DNA of 64,000 nt from Vulcanimicrobiota bacterium (GTDB lineage: Bacteria > Vulcanimicrobiota > Vulcanimicrobiia > Vulcanimicrobiales > Vulcanimicrobiaceae): NCBI GenBank assembly GCA_963695225.1, contig OY968762.1:1184001-1248000 (forward strand). The letters are read 5' to 3'. Position 1 is the first letter of the stretch. Each line of letters starts with the position of its first letter. Of the stretch, positions 29,805 to 36,937 are shown piece after piece. The position numbers and the translations under genes were made by a program. The notes under the pieces are model-generated. The model searched no databases, was not told the DNA's origin, and saw only the letters and a list, made by a program, of their open reading frames with translations.

Positions 29805-31694
29805 TCAGTCTTCGAGCGTCGTCACGTCGCCGAGTTCGAGACCGGCCTCCTGAGCTTTGAGCAGGCGGCGCATGATCTTTCCGCTGCGCGTCTTCGGAAG
29901 CTTCGGAAGGAACTCGATATCGGCGGGCGTCCCGATCGGCCCAAGGTGGTAGCGGACGTGCTCGATCAGCTCTTTGCGGAGTCCATCGCTCGCGACGTGC
30001 CCCATCCGCAAGACGACGAAAGCCTTGATGACCTCGCCCTTGATCTCGTCCTTCTTCCCGATGACGCCGGCTTCGCCGCACGCCGGGTGCGAGACGAGCG
30101 CGCTCTCGACGTCCGCCGTCGCGATGCGGTGCCCAGCCACGTTCAGCACGTCGTCGGCGCGGCCGAGGACCGTGATGTACCCCTCGGCATCGATCGTCGC
30201 AACGTCGCCCGCCGTGTAGCAGCCGGGGATCTGCTGGAAGTACTGCTCGTAACGGGCCGGATCGTTGTGAATCGTCACGAACCCGTGCGGCCAAGGCGAG
30301 CGGATCACGAGCAAACCGCCGGAGCCGCGCGGCACCGATTCGCCGTTCGCGTCGACGACGTCGTAGACGATCGGACCGAGCGCCTTGCCGCTCCGATCCG
30401 GCCGGATGTCGGCCGTCGGAAGGAAGCCCATCATCATGCAGCCGGTCTCCGTCTGCCACCACTGGTTGCAGACCGCCGCCTTCTTTGCACCCATCGTCTC
30501 GTAGAGGAAGTGCCAGGCCTCCGGGTTCAGCGGCTCTCCGGCGCAGAAGATCGCCTTTAGGCGGGAGAGGTCGCTCTTCGCCGCAAGGTCGGGGCCGAAA
30601 CGCATCAACATGCGCGCGAGCGTCGGGGCCGTGTACAGCATCGTCACCTTGTGGCGGTCGAGGACCTGGTACACTTCCGACGTGCTCGGATAATCCGGCG
30701 AGCCTTCGCGAACGATCGATTGATAGCGGTTCGCGAGCGCACCGTAGACGATCAGCGAGTGGCCGACGATCCAGCCGATGTCGCTCGTGCACCAATACAT
30801 GTCCTCGGGCGTGATCCCGGTCGTCAGCGCGAACGTCCCGCTCGCGCCTGCGAGATAGCCGCCGTGCGTCATGACGACGCCCTTCGGCTTGCCCGTCGTG
30901 CCGCTCGTGTACAGAATGAACAGCGGGTGCTCGGCCGAAACGATTGCCGCCGCGCGTTCGCCCGAGCAGCCTTCCTGGAAGGCGTCCCAATCGCGCTCCC
31001 GCTCGCCGAGCGGGGAGCGGTTGGTGGCACGCTGCCAGACGATCACGCGCCGCACCCCAGAGCCTTCGACCGCATCGTCGAGGATCGTCTTGAGGTCGAC
31101 TTCCTTGCCGCGCCGGTACGTGATGTCCGCGCCGATGACGACCTCGGCGCCCGCATCCTCGATGCGATCGCGCAGCGCCGTTGCTCCGAGTCCCGCATAG
31201 ATGACGCTATGGACGGCGCCGAGCCGCGCACAGGCGAGCATCGCGACGATCCCCTCGAGCGAGAGCGGCATGTAAATGCAGACGCGGTCGCCTTCCTTCA
31301 CGCCGTCGCGCGCGAGCGCGTTCGCGAAGCGGTTCGTCTCGGCGAGCAGTTCCCGGTACGAAACGCGCCGCTCGGTCCCGTTCTCGCAGAGGTAGAGATA
31401 GGCGAGCGCGTCGGGATGCGACGCGGCGTGCCGGTCCAAGCACGAAACCGTCGCGTTCAGGCGGCCGTCGGGGAACCAGCGCGCGGAGCCGAGCCCGCCC
31501 TCGAGGACGGTCTGCGGAGCGGTCTCCCAGGCAAGCCGCTCGCCGCAGGCGCGCCAGAATGCCGAGGGGTCCGCGAGCGCCGCCGCGTTCCAAGCGTCTT
31601 GGTCGGGAATGGGCGCCCATTGCGCGACTTCGGCGGGGGCCGGAAAGCGTTCGCCGGTGTCCAGGAGGTTCTCGATCAATCCTTCGGTTTGCAC
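29805..31694 (-). CDS. acs: Acetate--CoA ligase (AMP-forming)
   Basis: YTSGTTGKPKG, WWQTETG, GRADD, PKTRSGKIMRR; GTG start at 31694 rather than the 989-aa track call. Confidence 0.92.
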   Translation of the reverse strand: MQTEGLIENLLDTGERFPAPAEVAQWAPIPDQDAWNAAALADPSAFWRACGERLAWETAPQTVLEGGLGSARWFPDGRLNATVSCLDRHAASHPDALAYLYLCENGTERRVSYRELLAETNRFANALARDGVKEGDRVCIYMPLSLEGIVAMLACARLGAVHSVIYAGLGATALRDRIEDAGAEVVIGADITYRRGKEVDLKTILDDAVEGSGVRRVIVWQRATNRSPLGERERDWDAFQEGCSGERAAAIVSAEHPLFILYTSGTTGKPKGVVMTHGGYLAGASGTFALTTGITPEDMYWCTSDIGWIVGHSLIVYGALANRYQSIVREGSPDYPSTSEVYQVLDRHKVTMLYTAPTLARMLMRFGPDLAAKSDLSRLKAIFCAGEPLNPEAWHFLYETMGAKKAAVCNQWWQTETGCMMMGFLPTADIRPDRSGKALGPIVYDVVDANGESVPRGSGGLLVIRSPWPHGFVTIHNDPARYEQYFQQIPGCYTAGDVATIDAEGYITVLGRADDVLNVAGHRIATADVESALVSHPACGEAGVIGKKDEIKGEVIKAFVVLRMGHVASDGLRKELIEHVRYHLGPIGTPADIEFLPKLPKTRSGKIMRRLLKAQEAGLELGDVTTLED

Positions 31695-31717
31695 GTGCTC
31701 GCCTCGTACTCTCTTGC

Positions 31718-32494
31718 TTACGGCTTGATGAAATCGTGTTCGCGAATCACGAGCCCGGCGGGGCCGCGCTCGACCAGGAACCGCTCGAAATAGCTGCCGC
31801 TCGTCGCCTCGATATCCGTCTCGACCGTGACGGAGTTGCCCGACGTGTGCGTGCGCAACCCGGTGATCCGCGTCGACCGGTCGATGAATTCTTCTTCCGC
31901 CAGGTGAAGCCCCCGCGAAGCATCCACTCCCAAAGCCGTCGCCGCGGCCGTTTCGTCGCCGGCGATGAGCGCCCCGAGATAGCGCCGGACGAGCCCGCCC
32001 GCATCGCGTCCCAGGGACGAGTCGATTTCCTCGTCCACCGCCGCGGCAACGCCCGGCGAGAGCGTGGCGGCGGGGCGCGCCGTCACCGGCGGCCGCTTCG
32101 CGAGAGCGGCGGCAGGCCGCAGCGTCGGCGAGGCGGAGACCGTCGGGACGGACGCGGGTTCGCGGCTCGCGGTCGCTGCCGGTGCCGGCGTTGCCCGCGG
32201 AGAGGGTGCGAGGCTCGGGGCGGGCGATGCCGCAGCGAGCGGCGTCGCCGAAGGCAGCGCAGACGGGGAGGCCGGCGGCGCCGGGGTCTTCGCCGGGGTT
32301 GCGAGAGGCGCCGGCGAAGGCGGCGGCGGCGCGACGACGACATGCACCGCCGGCGAGGGGACGGCCGGTTCGCGGTTGACCGCGTACGAAATCGCTCCGC
32401 CTATTGCGAAACCGGCGAACACGACGGCGATCATCGCCGGGATCAGAGGAAAGTTCGGCTCGACGGGCCGACGACGCGGCGGGCGCGCTCCCAT
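31718..32494 (-). CDS. Membrane-anchored protein with Pro/Ala-rich linker and small C-terminal domain
   Basis: Single TM (IPAMIAVVFAGFAIGGAISY), PAS/PAT linker, globular tail. Confidence 0.7.
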   Translation of the reverse strand: MGARPPRRRPVEPNFPLIPAMIAVVFAGFAIGGAISYAVNREPAVPSPAVHVVVAPPPPSPAPLATPAKTPAPPASPSALPSATPLAAASPAPSLAPSPRATPAPAATASREPASVPTVSASPTLRPAAALAKRPPVTARPAATLSPGVAAAVDEEIDSSLGRDAGGLVRRYLGALIAGDETAAATALGVDASRGLHLAEEEFIDRSTRITGLRTHTSGNSVTVETDIEATSGSYFERFLVERGPAGLVIREHDFIKP

Positions 32495-32561
32495 TGCGGA
32501 TTCTTTTCGCGCGACGGCCCCGTTGCGCCTCGCGCGAACGTGGCCCGGCGCACCAAGAAGC

Positions 32562-32906
32562 GTGCACGTCCGCAGCGAAGTGGGCGGCGTGATCCGGTTC
32601 TCGACCCCGATCGACATCCGCACGGTAGCGGCAACGGCCAGCGAGGCGTTTGCGCTCGCAACGCCGCTGCGCGTCGATCAGCTCGTGGCGCTCGCGATCG
32701 GCGAAGCGATCGGTTTCCGCGCCCCCGCCGACAAGCGCGAGCGCAGCATCCGGCGAGTCCTCGCCGGCTTGCACGCGCGGGATTTCGTCGTCGAGGTCGA
32801 CGGCCGGATCTACGAGCGCCTCGACGCGATCGCGGTCTGCTCCGGCACGATCACGCTTCGCTTCTTCTCGACCGAGCGGCGCGGACCGCGCCTGCCGGCA
32901 AGCTGA
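32562..32906 (+). CDS. Small hypothetical protein
   Basis: Protein-like C-terminal 114 aa of track ORF 32064..32906. Confidence 0.55.
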   Translation: MHVRSEVGGVIRFSTPIDIRTVAATASEAFALATPLRVDQLVALAIGEAIGFRAPADKRERSIRRVLAGLHARDFVVEVDGRIYERLDAIAVCSGTITLRFFSTERRGPRLPAS

Positions 32907-32915
32907 GCGCCGGAG

Positions 32916-34184
32916 CTACGGCCGCAGGAACGCCGCCGTCACGTTTCCGCCGCGGCGCTGGACCAGCTCCGCGTAGAGCGCGTTAGGCCAGGCAAAATCG
33001 GCCCGGGTGAACTGTAGCGGATCGTCGATGTCGTACGACTCGTGCAAGCGATGGTCGCCGCTATCCGAAGCCGCGAGATACGCGCCGACGTCGTTGATCT
33101 CCGCGGCGTCGCTCGAGGTCAATGCCTGCATCACGAGCGCGAGCGGCCAAACGTACCCCGGCGGCGTGTGCGGGCTGCCGATACCCCGCCCGAACGCCCC
33201 GACGAAATAGTACGGGTTCCGCGAGGAGAGCGCGAAACTGCGGGTCGTCCGGTAGACGGGATCGCGCTGCGACGCGTACCCGAAATATGGGATCGAAACG
33301 AGCGACGGGATGTTCGCATCGTCCATCAGGCTCGCATGCCCGAGGCCGTCGACTTCGTAGGCGTAAATCTTCCCGAGATCGGGGACGGTCACGATGCCGA
33401 AGCGTTCGATGCCGGCCCGGACGGACTCCGCGAGCGTCGAGGCGAGCGCCGCATCCAGCGCGTTGCGGTAGACGTCGCGCTCGATTTCGGCGAGATCGCG
33501 CATCGCGACGACGGCGAACATGTTGACCGGGACGTTGTAGTGGTAACGGGCCGGATCGTCGGAGGGGCGGAACCCGGTCCAAATCATGCCGGTCTCCCCG
33601 ACCGGGCTCCCCCGCCCTCCTTCCGCAAGTTGCTCGTGGCGATACGGCGAGCGCGCGAGGTGATGCTGCTCCGTACGGAAGACGGCCAGGACGCGTTCGA
33701 ACGCGCGATTGACTTCGCCGGTGAAGATCGAGCGGTCGCCGGTCTCGCGCCAGTAGCGGTGCGCGAACCAAATCGGATAGAGCAGGGAATCGACTTCGAA
33801 CTTCCGTTCCGCGACGCGGTAGTCGGCCGAGAAGGCATTCGCATACGGGTCGATCAGGATGTACTTGGCGTGTCGCGCGACGACGCCGCGCAGCATCTTC
33901 CCGATCTCCGGGTCGCGCGCGGCGTAAGGAACGTACGGGGCGACGACCGCGCTCGAATCGCGCAGCCATTCCGCCTCGATGTCGCCCGTCGTCACGAACG
34001 TCGTGCCGTCGAGTTGCGTCGAGGCGTGGCGGTGCATCGCTTCGTCGAACGCCGTCAGGTAGATGCTCTCGAGCGTCGCCAAAGGAGCCGCTGCCGTCTG
34101 GGCATCCGCGCGAGCAGGCGGGGCGGCTGCCCAGAAGAGCATCGCCGCAGCTAGAATTGCAATCACGCGGCTCGATGTAAACAT
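32916..34184 (-). CDS. Glycoside hydrolase family 125 (exo-alpha-1,6-mannosidase-like), secreted
   Basis: TGDIEAEWLRDS, ERKFEVDSL, FRPSDD, MDDANIPSL, FAWPNALY; signal peptide. Confidence 0.92.
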   Translation of the reverse strand: MFTSSRVIAILAAAMLFWAAAPPARADAQTAAAPLATLESIYLTAFDEAMHRHASTQLDGTTFVTTGDIEAEWLRDSSAVVAPYVPYAARDPEIGKMLRGVVARHAKYILIDPYANAFSADYRVAERKFEVDSLLYPIWFAHRYWRETGDRSIFTGEVNRAFERVLAVFRTEQHHLARSPYRHEQLAEGGRGSPVGETGMIWTGFRPSDDPARYHYNVPVNMFAVVAMRDLAEIERDVYRNALDAALASTLAESVRAGIERFGIVTVPDLGKIYAYEVDGLGHASLMDDANIPSLVSIPYFGYASQRDPVYRTTRSFALSSRNPYYFVGAFGRGIGSPHTPPGYVWPLALVMQALTSSDAAEINDVGAYLAASDSGDHRLHESYDIDDPLQFTRADFAWPNALYAELVQRRGGNVTAAFLRP

Positions 34185-34256
34185 AGCTCTTCTCTAGTTA
34201 TCGGCTGAAACTCCCGCGGCGGACGGCGCGTTGTTGCCAGGGGAGGGGACCACCCG

Positions 34257-35075
34257 ATGCGTACGCCGATGAGCGCGATCGCCGCCGTTTTGCTCTTCGC
34301 GTGCAGCGGCTCGGAGCGGGCTCTGGCCGACGAGGCCTACCGCATGTGGGGGAGCGACCGCTTCCAGACGGCCGCCGGCGGACGCCCGAGCGAGATCGAC
34401 TACAGCGGGCGGCAATCACTCTCGATCCGGAGCGAACGAAACCTGCGAATCTACCATGCCCGGGCCGAGTACGACCGGGTCGAAGGCGGAGCGCGCGTTC
34501 ATGCGATCGCGACCTTCGGCGCCGAAGCAACGGCCGAAGGCGACGTGCGGGATCTGGAGTCGAACGATCCGGATTTCATGACGGTCCTCAACCAGCCGTT
34601 CAACGTCGAGTTGGACCGCCTGACGATGCGGGACCTCGCCACGCTCTCCGCGCCCATCCCCTTCCGGTTCCCGTCCCCCGTCGACGGCACGGCGCTCGAT
34701 GGGACGTTGCGGCACGAAGCTACGGATCGGGGCGAACGCGGGATCCTCGGCGTCGTCTTCCACGTCGCGGGGCCGATGCACGGTCGAGTCGGCGACCGCT
34801 CGCCGGAAACGCTGGACGGACGCATTACGGTCGACGGCACCGCTCGCTACGTGAAGGCGAGCGGTCTCCTTCGCGATCTCGACGCAACCGTCACGATCTC
34901 GGGACGAGTGATGCCGCACGAGGAAGCCGGTGTACTCGCCGTCTATCGACGGTCGATTCGGCGTGAAACGCAGGCGCTCGCGCCCGTGCCGGCCGTTTCC
35001 AGCCGGGGGACCGCCGCGACGGACCGCAGAAAACGCGCAACTCTGCCCCCCCAATCGCGGTCGTTGCGCTCATGA
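34257..35075 (+). CDS. Secreted hypothetical protein
   Basis: Hydrophobic leader, RBS GGAGG, beta-rich; ATGA overlap with sigma gene. Confidence 0.7.
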   Translation: MRTPMSAIAAVLLFACSGSERALADEAYRMWGSDRFQTAAGGRPSEIDYSGRQSLSIRSERNLRIYHARAEYDRVEGGARVHAIATFGAEATAEGDVRDLESNDPDFMTVLNQPFNVELDRLTMRDLATLSAPIPFRFPSPVDGTALDGTLRHEATDRGERGILGVVFHVAGPMHGRVGDRSPETLDGRITVDGTARYVKASGLLRDLDATVTISGRVMPHEEAGVLAVYRRSIRRETQALAPVPAVSSRGTAATDRRKRATLPPQSRSLRS

Positions 35076-35761
35076 GTGCGCTTGCACCGCTCCTGTTGCA
35101 GGAGTTCCGCGTGCCTTCTCCCTTGCGAACGGCTCAGGTCAACTCGGAGGACTCCCTCCGAAAGCCGTCCCGTTCTGCGAAAAAGCCGGTCCCGTCCGTC
35201 GAATCGTTCGAGTCGATCGTCGACGAGTTCCAGCGGCGCCTCTACGGCTTCGCGCTCCGCATGACGGGAAATCGCGAAGATGCCGAGGAGATCGTGCAGG
35301 ACGCCTTCGTGCGCGCCTTCCGGGCGCTCGGGAAGATGTCGGCGGAACAACGCGCCGAACTGCGCCTGCAGCCGTGGCTCTACACGATCACGCTGAACGT
35401 GACGCGGAATCGCCTGCGTTCGAAGCGCCCCCCGAACGTCGCGCTCGACGCCCTCGCCGACCCCGACGCGCTCCTGCGCGGGGCGAGCGAGGGGCCGGAG
35501 CGGCCGGAAGCCATCGTGGAGCGCAGTTCGGACATGGTCCTGGTCGAAAGAGCCCTGCTGCAACTTCCGATGCATCTGCGCGCGGCGGCGACGCTGCGCT
35601 TCATCGAAGGGCGCAGCCATCCGGAAATCGCCGAAATTCTGAATCAACCGATCGGCACCGTCAAGTCGCACGTGCATCGTGCGGTTCGCGTCTTGCGTCG
35701 CGTCCTCGGCCCCGAACTCGGAAGAATCGTCGCAAACGAGGAGGCCGAGCATGCGGTGTAG
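35072..35761 (+). CDS. ECF RNA polymerase sigma factor
   Basis: Region 2 DAEEIVQDAFVRA and PWLYTITLN; region 4 EIAEILNQPIGTVKSHVHRA. Confidence 0.93.
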   Translation: MSALAPLLLQEFRVPSPLRTAQVNSEDSLRKPSRSAKKPVPSVESFESIVDEFQRRLYGFALRMTGNREDAEEIVQDAFVRAFRALGKMSAEQRAELRLQPWLYTITLNVTRNRLRSKRPPNVALDALADPDALLRGASEGPERPEAIVERSSDMVLVERALLQLPMHLRAAATLRFIEGRSHPEIAEILNQPIGTVKSHVHRAVRVLRRVLGPELGRIVANEEAEHAV

Positions 35762-36491
35762 TGACGTCGAAGCCCTGTGGGATGAAATGCGCGAAGGCGT
35801 CGAACCCGAGCGCGAGCACGCGGTCGCGCATCTGCGCCGTTGCACGACCTGCCAAGAGCTCTACCGGGAATTCGAGGGCGTCGCGTATTGCCTCTCGTGC
35901 CTCCCGGTAGTCGAGCCGCCGGCCGATCTGCTGCCGCGGATCATCGATCACATTCGAGCGATGCGCGGCCGCCTGCAGCGCGCCGCCGTCCCGGACGAGA
36001 TCGGCCGGGTCTCCTCGCCCGTCGGGGACTTGTACGTCGCTTGGCGCGCCGACGCGATCACGTTTCTCGGATTCGACCGGGGCGAGGATTTCGAGGCGAT
36101 GACCCAGCGCGTGGAGCGCCGCCTGCGGCGCCCCGTGCAGCCGGCCGACGTGCCGACCTGGCTGATCCACGCCGTCGCGCGATTCTTCGCGACGTGGTCG
36201 GTCGACGAAGCGCGCGTCGATATTTCGACGCTGACGACGTTCGAACAGGCCGCGCTGCGCAAGGCGGCGCAGATCCCGCCGGGCGAAGTGCGCTCGTATG
36301 GCTGGATCGCGCGCGAGATCGGCAAGCCGCTCGCGGCGCGGGCGGTCGGCCAAGCGATGGCGCGCAATCCGATCGCGCTCCTCTATCCGTGCCACCGCGT
36401 CGTCGATGCCAGCGGAGCGCTGCACAATTACGGATACGGCATCGAGCTCAAAGCTCGCATCCTGCTGATGGAAGGGTATCGCAAGGGCTGA
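35751..36491 (+). CDS. Fusion of zf-HC2 (ZAS) anti-sigma domain and methylated-DNA--protein-cysteine methyltransferase (Ogt)
   Basis: MRC...HLRRCTTC; SPVGDL; IPPGEVRSY, ARAVGQA, NP, PCHRVV, K..LL..EG; RBS GAGGAGG. Confidence 0.9.
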   Translation: MRCSDVEALWDEMREGVEPEREHAVAHLRRCTTCQELYREFEGVAYCLSCLPVVEPPADLLPRIIDHIRAMRGRLQRAAVPDEIGRVSSPVGDLYVAWRADAITFLGFDRGEDFEAMTQRVERRLRRPVQPADVPTWLIHAVARFFATWSVDEARVDISTLTTFEQAALRKAAQIPPGEVRSYGWIAREIGKPLAARAVGQAMARNPIALLYPCHRVVDASGALHNYGYGIELKARILLMEGYRKG

Positions 36492-36570
36492 GCGTCCGCC
36501 CGGCGAAATCCCGCCCCCATACTACGTCCGCGGCCCCTTCAGAGAACGAGACGAACGAAGGTTAACAGAC

Positions 36571-36706
36571 GGACAAAGGGAGGTGATCATCGTTAGTTAC
36601 GAAGGCCATCAATGCAATTCGACCACGATGATTGGAGGTGCGTGGGGCTAACCCCGCGCGCGAACGTTCACCACTTGTCCGCCGGCCGCGCGCCGGCTTT
36701 TTTTTT
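36571..36706 (+). ncRNA. Candidate structured RNA (three-way junction) or sORF transcript with intrinsic terminator
   Basis: P1 GGACAA/TTGTCC plus GGTGA/TCACC; P2 TCATCGT/ACGATGA; P3 GTGCGTGGGG-CTAA-CCCCGCGCGC. Confidence 0.55.
36681..36706 (+). terminator. Rho-independent terminator
   Basis: GCCGGC-CGCGC-GCCGGC followed by T9. Confidence 0.85.
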
Positions 36707-36937
36707 GCCCCCCGTCATCCTGCGCCCGCCGCAGGATGAGGGCTCACCGCTTTCCGCAACGCGCGGGACGAAGGCATGTTTCGCTCGAAGGAACCTTGCT
36801 GTGACCCCGGTTACCTCGCAACAGCGGGACTTCGCCCGCATTCACATTTCCCTCGAGGATTTCACGCTGTACCACGACAGAGCATCGGTCCGCCTCGTTT
36901 GGCTCCCGGCCGCCCGCGCCGCGCAGGAGCGGCCCCA

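Noticed and set aside
29805..32774. Apparent long N-terminal extensions or fusions (989-aa Acs; likewise 646-aa SufS, 806-aa GlcF, 935-aa GlcE, 533-aa HD-GYP)
   Set aside because: Extensions run through neighbouring genes in other frames; internal starts with RBS or stop/start overlaps give normal sizes
36575..36588. Possible 16S rRNA 3'-end fragment on the minus strand (GATCACCTCCCTTT)
   Set aside because: Similarity limited to the anti-SD; the preceding helix-45 sequence is absent
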